From positions 1 to 45,677 of the forward strand of contig JALZVA010000132.1 in assembly GCA_023301335.1 (NCBI GenBank): a stretch of DNA of 45,677 nucleotides. Reading direction: 5' to 3'. A program made the position numbers and the translations under genes. Source of the stretch: Akkermansiaceae bacterium. Lineage in GTDB: Bacteria; Verrucomicrobiota; Verrucomicrobiia; Verrucomicrobiales; Akkermansiaceae. Positions 37,924-45,677 of this stretch are shown piece after piece (positions within the stretch are counted from its first letter, which is position 1; each line of letters opens with the position of its first letter). Under the pieces are notes generated by a model. It was not told where the DNA came from, made no database searches, and saw nothing but the letters and a program-made list of their open reading frames with translations.

Positions 37924-38574
37924 TTAGGGTGAATGACGAGCTTTGTTCCAGTCCTCAGCGACTGCCTTTCGGGTATAGATAATACGATCGTGCAGTCGAT
38001 TTGGCCTTCCTTGCCAAAACTCAATTGAAGATGGGACGACACGGTAACCACCCCAAAAACTTGGGAGGGGGATTTCATTACCTTCTGGATACTGATGCTT
38101 TAAACTAGTTTCTCGATCCTCCAACCATTGCTTGTTGGGAATCGGTTGTGATTGGATGGAAGCTAAGGCTCCGATCTGAGAACCATACGGGCGGAGGTGA
38201 AAATAGGTTTCCGATTCGATTTTACTAACCTTTTCCACACTTCCTTTAATAATGACTTGTCGCTCTAACTGAAGCCAGGGGAATACTAGGCATGCCTTAG
38301 GGTTCTGAGCGAGGTCGAGGCCCTTTTGAGAGGTGTAGTTAGTGAAGAAGCAAAACCCTTGCTGGTCATGGTGCTTCAGTAGCACAGTCCGTGCAGAGGG
38401 CTCTCTGTCCTTATTCGTGGTTGCGAGTGTCATCGCATTGGGTTCTAGCATTTGGGAATCAATCGCTTCTTTTAGCCACTGCTCAAACTGCTCAAATGGA
38501 CTCTCAGCAGTGTCTTCGAGCGAAATTCCTGATTGAGTGTAGTTTTCTCTTAATGCCGCTAGACTAGGTTCCAT
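37924..38574 (-). CDS. pdxH: Pyridoxamine 5'-phosphate oxidase
   Basis: EPNAMTLAT, R.VLLK, FFTNY.S.K, RQV...G, RP..SQ, WGGY, EFWQGR..RLHDR. Confidence 0.97.
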   Translation of the reverse strand: MEPSLAALRENYTQSGISLEDTAESPFEQFEQWLKEAIDSQMLEPNAMTLATTNKDREPSARTVLLKHHDQQGFCFFTNYTSQKGLDLAQNPKACLVFPWLQLERQVIIKGSVEKVSKIESETYFHLRPYGSQIGALASIQSQPIPNKQWLEDRETSLKHQYPEGNEIPLPSFWGGYRVVPSSIEFWQGRPNRLHDRIIYTRKAVAEDWNKARHSP

Positions 38575-38659
38575 GAAAGAAAGAATACTGTGAATCTCTA
38601 GCTTTGCAATGGGTTAATCTTGATAAGTGAGAGTAAAATAGCTAAGACATAGCAGCAGA

Positions 38660-40615
38660 ATGAGATGCTTAAAAGTTAGTGCCGCCTGTATCAATCAGAC
38701 TCCCTTAGATTGGGAGGGGAACTATGCTCGTCTAAGAGCCGCGATACTAGATGCACAGCAGTCTGGGATTCAGCTACTGTGTCTCCCTGAGTTAGCTATC
38801 ACAGGGTATGGGTGCGAGGACATGTTCCTAGCTCCAGATACCTGTGAACATGCTGAGGAAATTTTATATTCTCTCCTTTCTGTCGCTCCTGACATGGTGA
38901 TCTTAGTGGGCTTACCTTGGAGGCATCACAATACGATCTTCAATACCGCCGCTCTCATTCACCAAGGGCAAGTGCTTGGGCTTTACGCGAAGCAGAATCT
39001 AGCTGGAGACGGGGTGCATTACGAACCGCGTTGGTTCAGTCCTTGGAAAGCTGGTGAAGTGGCCGAGGTGACCGTGTGTGGACAGCAGACTTTTCTTGGA
39101 GACGTGCTGTTTGATTTAGGTGGGGTGACCATAGGTGTAGAAATTTGTGAAGATGCTTGGGTGGCGGATAGACCAGGTGCTAGGATCGCAAAATTTGGTC
39201 CAGAGATCATCTTAAACCCCAGTGCTAGCCATTTTGCCTTTGAAAAACAAAAAGTGCGCGAGCGTTTTGTCGTGGAAGGTTCACGAGCCTTTGGAGTGAC
39301 CTATGTTTATGCGAATTTGTTAGGAAACGAATCAGGTAGAATCGTGTTTGACGGGGGAGCAATGATTGCCAATTTTGGTGAGCTTCTGGCCACTGAGAAA
39401 CGCTTCAGCTATAAGGATCACACCTTAATTGATGCAATCGTCGATATAGAGCTAAACCAAAGCAAGCAAGCCGCCTCTGCCTCAAGACAGGCCGCCCTAG
39501 AGCCTGCCGATGGCTTGATAGAGGTCGAGATGCAATGGGACTGGTTGAATGCGGCTCCTTCCCCTCCTAAGGAGAGAAAACTGTGGTGTAAGGAAGAGGA
39601 GTTCTCTAGAGCCGTTGCTCTGGCATTATTCGATTACATGAGGAAAAGCTACTCGAACGGGTTTACCCTTTCTTTGAGTGGAGGTGCAGACTCCTCTGCA
39701 GTGGCATGCTTAGTAAAACTGATGAGAGATTTTTCACTAGCAGAACTAGGGGTCGAAGGAGTGCAGAAAAAGTTAGCGCATATGGATTTGTCTAACGATC
39801 CTCAAAACTGGATGACAGACTTACTAGCCTGTGTGTACCAAGCATCTGAGAATAGTGGTGAGGCAACTGAGCATTCCGCTGAGTCTCTGGCTAAATCTAT
39901 TGGAGCCGACTATCAACGCTGGTCTATCAGCACATTGGTGGATACATACACGAACATGGTCAGTGAGGGAATAGGAAGGAAAATGAGCTGGGAAACGGAT
40001 GATATTCCCTTACAAAATATCCAAGCGCGCGTGCGTGCTCCAGGGATCTGGATGCTGACAAACATTCGCAATAGTCTACTCCTTTCTACTTCTAACAGAT
40101 CTGAAGCGGCGGTTGGCTATGCCACTATGGATGGTGACACATGTGGAGGGATCAGCCCAATAGCAGGGATTGATAAAGCATTTCTTAGACATTGGTTAAC
40201 ATGGCTAGAGCTTTCGGCAATGGAAGGGATCGAGAAAATAGAAGCTCTCTCCGCAGTGAATGCCCTGCAACCTACCGCAGAACTACGGCCAGAAGAGTAC
40301 ACGCAAACGGATGAGAGTGATCTCATGCCTTACACCGTGTTAGATGCGATCGAAAAGGCTGCCATTAGAGACCGTAGAAGTCCGAAAGATTGTTTTGTGG
40401 TATTAACCGCAGACTGTAGCGAATATGATAGAGAGCTATTAAAGTCCTGGGTGATTAAATTCTTTAAACTATGGTCACGCAATCAGTGGAAGAGGGAGCG
40501 CTATGCTCCTTGTTTCCATCTGGATGATGAGAACCTTGACCCCAAGACCTGGTGCAGATTCCCAATCCTGTCAGGAGGCTTTAAGCAAGACTTGGAAGCG
40601 TTAGAAAAACTGTAG
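38660..40615 (+). CDS. nadE: Glutamine-dependent NAD+ synthetase
   Basis: Nitrilase-like domain (PELAITGYGCED, YEPRWF, EICED.W, NPSASH) fused to the synthetase domain (SGGADS, QNIQAR.R, N.SE..VGY.T.DGD, PTAEL). Confidence 0.96.
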   Translation: MRCLKVSAACINQTPLDWEGNYARLRAAILDAQQSGIQLLCLPELAITGYGCEDMFLAPDTCEHAEEILYSLLSVAPDMVILVGLPWRHHNTIFNTAALIHQGQVLGLYAKQNLAGDGVHYEPRWFSPWKAGEVAEVTVCGQQTFLGDVLFDLGGVTIGVEICEDAWVADRPGARIAKFGPEIILNPSASHFAFEKQKVRERFVVEGSRAFGVTYVYANLLGNESGRIVFDGGAMIANFGELLATEKRFSYKDHTLIDAIVDIELNQSKQAASASRQAALEPADGLIEVEMQWDWLNAAPSPPKERKLWCKEEEFSRAVALALFDYMRKSYSNGFTLSLSGGADSSAVACLVKLMRDFSLAELGVEGVQKKLAHMDLSNDPQNWMTDLLACVYQASENSGEATEHSAESLAKSIGADYQRWSISTLVDTYTNMVSEGIGRKMSWETDDIPLQNIQARVRAPGIWMLTNIRNSLLLSTSNRSEAAVGYATMDGDTCGGISPIAGIDKAFLRHWLTWLELSAMEGIEKIEALSAVNALQPTAELRPEEYTQTDESDLMPYTVLDAIEKAAIRDRRSPKDCFVVLTADCSEYDRELLKSWVIKFFKLWSRNQWKRERYAPCFHLDDENLDPKTWCRFPILSGGFKQDLEALEKL

Positions 40616-40738
40616 TGTAAAAATCTTCCGATAGCTTTCTAATAAGGCGAATTCGACTAAGAAAAAATTCACAGAAAATTCATCACCTTTTTACCCGATC
40701 TTTACACAAAGGTTTGGGAAAAATGCTAAGGTGCTTTC

Positions 40739-41407
40739 ATGCGTAGGTATTGGAACTTTATTTATGAACCAAAATTAGTGGCAGTGGAACGGGCTGTTTT
40801 CTGGATCCTTCTTTGGGCCGGCACAGCTTTAATTTTTCTAGCCAGTAGGAGTTATTTCTTTGGCTCCGAGCCACACGAATTTTTGATTGAGCGACCGCAT
40901 TTAACTATGCACAGCTGGTGGCGTTACTCTCTCTATGTGCATGTGATTAGTGGCTGCCTGTGCCTCGCTTCCTCGCTACTGCAATATTCTAAAATATTTT
41001 TAAAAAGATACGTTAAGGTTCATAAATCACTTGGCTATGTCTATGTCTTAAGCCTTCTCATTGCGGTGATCCCTACGGGCTTGATCTTAAGTAATGTGGC
41101 AAAAGGGGGCTGGATTAGTCAGGTGGGCTTCCATGCAATGAATGTGTCTGTTCTCGTTTGTGTGATCCTAGGGATGCGTGCTATTTTTCAAAAACGCGTG
41201 CAAGAGCACCAAGCGTGGATGACGCGTTCCTTTGCGCTGATTACCTCTGCTATCACCTTTAGGACGCTACAAGTGATCTTCCACCAATTTCATGTTCCTT
41301 ACGAGATCGTTTACCCAACCTGTGTTTGGCTGAGTATCATCGTGAATGTATGGGTAGCTGAATATTATCTCTATAAGAGTAAAACAAATACAAATAAAAC
41401 CATATAA
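40739..41407 (+). CDS. DUF2306-like membrane protein
   Basis: H...G, H...GY.Y, H..WM.RSF....A...R pattern in a 6-TM protein. Confidence 0.8.
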   Translation: MRRYWNFIYEPKLVAVERAVFWILLWAGTALIFLASRSYFFGSEPHEFLIERPHLTMHSWWRYSLYVHVISGCLCLASSLLQYSKIFLKRYVKVHKSLGYVYVLSLLIAVIPTGLILSNVAKGGWISQVGFHAMNVSVLVCVILGMRAIFQKRVQEHQAWMTRSFALITSAITFRTLQVIFHQFHVPYEIVYPTCVWLSIIVNVWVAEYYLYKSKTNTNKTI

Positions 41408-41412
41408 ATAAA

Positions 41413-42048
41413 ATGAAACTACTACTAACAAGTGCTGCCATCGGCCTTACCTGTGCGGGAACCGTGATAGCTCTGAATGCTAAGACAATAAAAAATCCAA
41501 AAATTGGAAGCGCTCAAGAAAAGTCAAAAACATTAGACGCTAAGGATGAGAGACTCAAAGAGCAATCTTCTCAAATCGCGAAAATGACAATAGAAAGAGA
41601 TATTGTGATGCCGCTGCAACAAATCAATAACAATGCCGCTCGCCATACTTATTCTCGTGTTTTAACCCTTCCTCAGCATTATTCTGTTACACAGTTGGAA
41701 TCTGAGAATGAGAAGGAAATTAAATTCGCCCTCAATGTCTCGAATAAATTAGTCTTTACTAAAAAGCCGGAGAAAAAAGATGCCAGCGGGAAAGGGGATA
41801 ACGCAAATATTCGAAAGTTGTTTGATCTAAAATACAACCTTGAAGAGAAACAGATCTATGCGTGGCATGAGGATCAGTGGAAAATCACTAGTAAGCATCC
41901 CTATTTAAAGAAAATTTTTAGTCAGCCTCTTAATCTAACAAGCTTTGGTCATTTTAAAGAACCTATTAAGAAAATTAACCTGAATGTGATATCAAATAAT
42001 CAATTAAAATTAGATGTGCCAGTGCTGGACTGGAGAAATAAACTTTAG
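41413..42048 (+). CDS. Hypothetical exported protein
   Basis: Signal-peptide-like N-terminus, 5 nt after the DUF2306 stop; no recognisable motif. Confidence 0.7.
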   Translation: MKLLLTSAAIGLTCAGTVIALNAKTIKNPKIGSAQEKSKTLDAKDERLKEQSSQIAKMTIERDIVMPLQQINNNAARHTYSRVLTLPQHYSVTQLESENEKEIKFALNVSNKLVFTKKPEKKDASGKGDNANIRKLFDLKYNLEEKQIYAWHEDQWKITSKHPYLKKIFSQPLNLTSFGHFKEPIKKINLNVISNNQLKLDVPVLDWRNKL

Positions 42049-42083
42049 AGTGCTTTAACCCCATATGATCGTAAGAAGGGTGC

Positions 42084-42881
42084 CTACCTTTTTTGCTGAA
42101 TGGCATTATCCAAGCGTTGTAGGCGCTCTCTTTTTTCTCTTTCTAATCTTCTGCGTAAATCGGAAAGCTCACGCTGGTATTCCTCTGTAATCGATTCATT
42201 TCCATTTTTTGTATAGGCCTTCCATGGTCCATTAGGGACCTGAGAGGCTTCGACAAATCGCCAGTGAACTTTTTGCCCAGACTTCAAGCGGAGGTAATCA
42301 CGGATGGAAGGGGAGAGGTCGATGCCTGCACCGTTATTTTTCGGATTGATAGGTCTTTTGTCTCCGAAAACGTATTGATAATCAACCGTGTTAAACGGCC
42401 CGCAGTCTTCCCATTGGGCATAGCAGCTTCTGTTTTGGTAAACGATTTGCACCCATCGCCCCTTGAGGCATGACTTCCCCTTGTGAACCTTACTGGGGTG
42501 AAACCATGGAATGACACGGCTCGCCTCGGGTTTCACGAGCTTATAGTTCACACGGTCGTTGTAGGGGAGTGCGATGTAGAAGGGATTGAGCTTCGGGATA
42601 AAAGCTGCGGGGCGGTAGCCGACAGCTGCACGGTCGTTAGGGTTATCATAGCCACCGAAGTTTTTTTGCCAGTTGGTGTCCCATGAGCTAGCGTGGTTCG
42701 GGGTAGGATTTTTCGGAGTAGGTTTTTCACCAATCCAAAAAATAGTGGCAGTGATGTGTTTTTTCCAAGGGTAGATTTTGACCCGAGCAGTTGGTTGATA
42801 GGTAGGCGTACGTATCACGGGGCCTTGGGCACAGAGTATACCTGAGGTTATTAAATAGAGGGCTGCTGTCACGTTCCGCAT
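42084..42881 (-). CDS. Secreted hypothetical protein with probable double-psi beta-barrel (RlpA/expansin-like) core
   Basis: Signal peptide from ATG 42881; AT.FW, YIALP, KGRWVQI...SCYAQWEDCGP, GIDLSP....L parallel RlpA-like motifs. Confidence 0.6.
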   Translation of the reverse strand: MRNVTAALYLITSGILCAQGPVIRTPTYQPTARVKIYPWKKHITATIFWIGEKPTPKNPTPNHASSWDTNWQKNFGGYDNPNDRAAVGYRPAAFIPKLNPFYIALPYNDRVNYKLVKPEASRVIPWFHPSKVHKGKSCLKGRWVQIVYQNRSCYAQWEDCGPFNTVDYQYVFGDKRPINPKNNGAGIDLSPSIRDYLRLKSGQKVHWRFVEASQVPNGPWKAYTKNGNESITEEYQRELSDLRRRLEREKRERLQRLDNAIQQKR

Positions 42882-42920
42882 GAGTTCAGTATATAACCAA
42901 TAGAGCACTACCCGGAAAAG

Positions 42921-42959
42921 AAAAAACTACCGAGACGCTGTAAAAGCCTCGATAGTTTT
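42921..42959 (-). terminator. Rho-independent terminator of the L,D-transpeptidase gene
   Basis: Minus strand AAAACTATCGAG-loop-CTCGGTAGTTTTTT. Confidence 0.7.
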
Positions 42960-42982
42960 AATAAGTTGCGTAGGAAAGGAGC

Positions 42983-43675
42983 TTAGCGGAAGCTAGGCTT
43001 CTTATGGTGGGTAAAAATCGACTGACTTGTGCGTAGCGAAATCGGATAATCTGGGAGTGGGTCAGCGTTGACCGGACGCGCGATATTTCTGCCTATAGTA
43101 TTATCTTCAGGTTGAGAATAGCTGATATTCACAGGGGTTCCTGATTTGATAATTTTGAAAAACTTAGGAGAGAGATTTTCATGCATACGAATACAGCCAT
43201 GACTACATGGGTAAGGTTTTAGCCAACCAGTATGGAATCCGTAACCGGATTTGAATTCTGACCAGTAAGGCATCGGCGTTCCGATTTTTTTAGATCCCGC
43301 AGGAGCTGCTTTTTTCTTACTGTAAGAGCTGATACTTCCATTCTTGACGGCGAAACCATGCGTTTGCGCACGACGGTCAGCATCTTTGAAATAAATTCTG
43401 AAATTTCCTCGAGGAGTAGGTGTGGAAGATGTTCCAACAGAGACCGGCATGATTAGCAGTGCCTTGTCACCTTCCATGACATAGGTGAGCTGCTTAGAGA
43501 GTGAAACTTTCACCCTTACATTAGACGGGTTAGTCGGAAGACTTGCTGGGCGATCATATGCGCGATAGGCGGCAAGGCCTGAACCACCAGTCGAGCGCGG
43601 GCTATGGCTGGCACATGAAGAAAGGAACAGAGTCGCTGCCCCAAGAGCTGTGGAAAGGAATAGTGTCAATTTCAT
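42983..43675 (-). CDS. L,D-transpeptidase (YkuD) family lipoprotein
   Basis: Lipobox LSSC, VSLS.Q, VS.G....TP.G.F, MPY, GFH...SHGCIRM, GTPV.I. Confidence 0.93.
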   Translation of the reverse strand: MKLTLFLSTALGAATLFLSSCASHSPRSTGGSGLAAYRAYDRPASLPTNPSNVRVKVSLSKQLTYVMEGDKALLIMPVSVGTSSTPTPRGNFRIYFKDADRRAQTHGFAVKNGSISSYSKKKAAPAGSKKIGTPMPYWSEFKSGYGFHTGWLKPYPCSHGCIRMHENLSPKFFKIIKSGTPVNISYSQPEDNTIGRNIARPVNADPLPDYPISLRTSQSIFTHHKKPSFR

Positions 43676-44087
43676 AAGATATATTTTTTTTCGATGATTT
43701 CATGACAAATAGCCATGAAATTTGAGCTGCATCCAAAAATCTGACCCCTGATTAGTCAATTTTAGTTATAGTATTGGATGCGGAATGAGTAGTAATCGAT
43801 AGGGCTGATTTAGTCAAGTTTGGAGCTGTAACTAGGCAGGATCTGTTAGGGTTGAAGCGTGTGGAGCAGAACGGAAGAGTGTTTAATGAAGGAAATTTGT
43901 AAAAAGACCGGAACTAAAGGCTTTTTTATAGTAAGTGTGGCACTTAACGAACAGAAGAATTTTTACACGCTCAGGAATAACTCTATATGAATTTGGCTCC
44001 GGAATATTTAATTTATAGAAAAGAATATAGTTTATATTATTTAAGTTTACTAACTTCAACTTTTTTTGCTAAAAATATAAGTGTAAT

Positions 44088-44486
44088 CTATACTGAAACG
44101 ATATTTTCTCTAAGCCATTCTGTGAAGCTTTCTTGACTATGTTCACCTGAGGCTAAAGCTAAATAATTAGGATATTTCACCGTCTCATCAACGCTAAACT
44201 CATACCCATTCAATAGCAGGAACACTTCGCAAGCGATAGCTGCCGTGCGTTTGTTTCCATCAGTATATGGATGATTCTTAGCTGAGCCATAAGCATATAC
44301 AGCGGCTAAGCTTGGTATATCGGGCTGAGGGTCTTCATAGTTCCACATCTGTAAGGGCTTACTCAAAGCCGATTCAAGCATACCCTCGTCTCTTATTCCG
44401 TGTGCCCCTCCATGTTCCTTCAGTTGCTGATCGTGAAAGCTTTGCACCACCTGTTTGAGCAGCCATACAGGTTCTTTTTTCGACAT
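44088..44486 (-). CDS. doc: Death-on-curing (Doc/Fic) family toxin
   Basis: H......GG..GIRD.G.LESAL..P, LAA.Y, NHPYTDGNKRTA, FL..NG. Confidence 0.93.
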   Translation of the reverse strand: MSKKEPVWLLKQVVQSFHDQQLKEHGGAHGIRDEGMLESALSKPLQMWNYEDPQPDIPSLAAVYAYGSAKNHPYTDGNKRTAAIACEVFLLLNGYEFSVDETVKYPNYLALASGEHSQESFTEWLRENIVSV

Positions 44487-44560
44487 TTATTCAGCTAATT
44501 TTTTTAACATATTACGGTTTTTACGCATCATTTTTGCAGCTAGCTCCATCTGACGAGTCG
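44487..44560 (-). pseudogene. C-terminal remnant of an AbrB/MazE-type Doc-associated antitoxin (possible 20-aa peptide 44549..44487)
   Basis: ...RQMELAAKMMRKNRNMLKKLAE* ends immediately before the doc ATG (TAAATG) and matches the 'QM..A..IM...R..L..LA' end of doc-linked antidote proteins. Confidence 0.65.
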
Positions 44561-44588
44561 CCCATATAATTCCTTCTGTTAGCCGCTT

Positions 44589-44879
44589 CTAACCATGCAA
44601 AGCCTCATAGACCGCTTTGGGGTTTTGCTCGGCAACTTTGAGCAAGGCAATAGCTGGGCCTTCTGGGCTTCTAACCCCTTGCTCCCAGTTTTGTAGTGTC
44701 CTTGTGCGAATACCTAGTAACTGAGCAAATTTTTGCTGTGTTAGCTTAAACTTACTTCTGATAGCTGGAACATCGGGAATCTGGGCGTGCGTCACTCGAC
44801 TTGCTTTTCGTTTTCCGTGGATCACTTCACCAGCTTCTTTAACACTTGCTAGTAATTCGTGAAATTCTTTACCGTCCAT
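44589..44879 (-). CDS. XRE/Cro HTH antitoxin (HigA2/NadS-like)
   Basis: F.ELLAS..E, DV.AIR...LTQ..FA..LGI...TLQNWEQG.R.P.GPA.ALL. Confidence 0.9.
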   Translation of the reverse strand: MDGKEFHELLASVKEAGEVIHGKRKASRVTHAQIPDVPAIRSKFKLTQQKFAQLLGIRTRTLQNWEQGVRSPEGPAIALLKVAEQNPKAVYEALHG

Positions 44880-44883
44880 AGTT

Positions 44884-44951
44884 TTATTTTCCTTGTATCA
44901 TGATCTCAACAGCCGCTTTCAATTGTTTGGTCTGGTCTCTGCTGAATCCAT
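44884..44951 (-). pseudogene. Internally deleted RelE/HigB2-type toxin remnant
   Basis: SRDQTKQLKAAVEIMIQGK* ends 4 nt before the HTH ATG and resembles the C-terminal helix of HigB2/RelE toxins; an out-of-frame ATG lies at 44951. Confidence 0.5.
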
Positions 44952-44971
44952 GTTGTCTGCTTTCTTCAGAA

Positions 44972-44986
44972 TACGTCATTGACGTA
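44972..44986. promoter_or_regulatory. Palindromic operator of the TA locus
   Basis: TACGTCA-T-TGACGTA within a minus-strand TTGTTA-16 nt-TATTCT promoter-like element, overlapping the -10. Confidence 0.6.
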
Positions 44987-45223
44987 GTTTAACAATATTT
45001 CACTTTTGTAAACACCTTGAGCGGTAAATAAGGTCAACAAGACATTCGCATTCATCATACTGAAGCTGGAGAGTGACCGATTTACGAGAGAATGTGCTTG
45101 GTCGTTAAAATTAGATACCAAGAGGGCTAATTGAGGGGAACCACTACAGAGTATGGAGAAAAGAAAAAAAGCAAAGTGGATTCAGCGTTGCAAATTCATT
45201 GAAATAGAGCTTAGTTTAATCCT

Positions 45224-45677
45224 ATGGGGCACCGATCTGATAAACATGTAATTGAGGGAGTGGAAGGCCGAGAACCTAAACCTACCAAATACACGAAAAT
45301 AACGGTGTGTGCCGTAGCCTTGTTACTTTGCGCCCTGATCCCGTTCACTGATATTGGGAGGAAAATGATCCGTGGCTTTGGTCAGTTATTAGTGGGAAAA
45401 CCAGAGGTGGTGACCAAGGAGGTGGAGAAAATCGTCAAGGTCCCTGTGGAGGTGAAAATCCCAGTGGTGGCGGAAATTGAGCCAGAAAAAAATAAAACCG
45501 TCAGTTCTCATACGGAATCTGCGAAACCATTAGAAAGCCTAACGAAGCTTTCGGCGAATTCGAATATTCAGCTAAAAACACAGGTGAATATGGAGCCGTC
45601 AACCGAACTGGCATCGGTGGATAGAGGGGCTGCAGAAAGCTACCAAATCGATTATACCGTATCTATAAAACTCCCTA
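45224..45677 (+). CDS. Membrane-anchored protein, 3'-partial (possibly the N-terminus of a GH75-family protein)
   Basis: Open frame from ATG 45224 to the window end (MGHRSDKH...TM...VVTKEVEKIVKVPVEV...SYQIDYTVSIKLP); absent from the ORF track because it has no stop. The family guess is weak recollection only. Confidence 0.7.
   Translation, partial: MGHRSDKHVIEGVEGREPKPTKYTKITVCAVALLLCALIPFTDIGRKMIRGFGQLLVGKPEVVTKEVEKIVKVPVEVKIPVVAEIEPEKNKTVSSHTESAKPLESLTKLSANSNIQLKTQVNMEPSTELASVDRGAAESYQIDYTVSIKLP

Noticed and set aside
44884-44979. 31-aa ORF MTYSEESRQHGFSRDQTKQLKAAVEIMIQGK as a real small gene
   Set aside because: Its ATG lies inside the operator palindrome, upstream of the predicted -10, so it would not be on the transcript. 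Only the C-terminal part looks toxin-derived.
43820-45100. Integron cassette array (TA genes with GTTAG/CTAAC words)
   Set aside because: No convincing paired RYYYAAC...GTTRRRY attC hairpins, no repeated attC and no IntI.

Overview
A 45.7-kb, AT-leaning, gene-dense bacterial chromosome segment. The gene set and protein styles suggest Verrucomicrobiota (inference). It is mostly housekeeping: the 3' end of a 2-oxoacid dehydrogenase E2, ilvD, a fused purL, uvrA, thiD, tadA-mlaF-trmL, an aspartate aminotransferase, nadA, pdxH, nadE and tRNA-Thr(UGU). It also carries a six-gene RDD/SpoIIM/DUF4129/DUF4350/MoxR/DUF58 operon and several envelope enzymes (LysM, C25 peptidase, GH26, L,D-transpeptidase, a probable double-psi-beta-barrel protein). 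No CRISPR array, rRNA, transposase, integrase or prophage was seen. The most unusual items are: (i) a membrane Ser/Thr pseudokinase next to two membrane-anchored FHA paralogues, with T-x-x-[ILV] motifs in its linker and in the tail of a metallophosphoesterase; (ii) a composite toxin-antitoxin locus where an intact HTH antitoxin has lost most of its toxin, and an intact Doc toxin keeps only the C-terminal peptide of its antitoxin, in frame behind the HTH stop codon; (iii) a palindromic array of four DnaA-box-like sites upstream of purL; (iv) a stand-alone 73-aa protein resembling integrase arm-binding domains, with an ssrA-like C-terminus; (v) a doubly frameshifted glycine-rich-domain pseudogene. 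All family calls come from motif recognition by eye; no searches were run.
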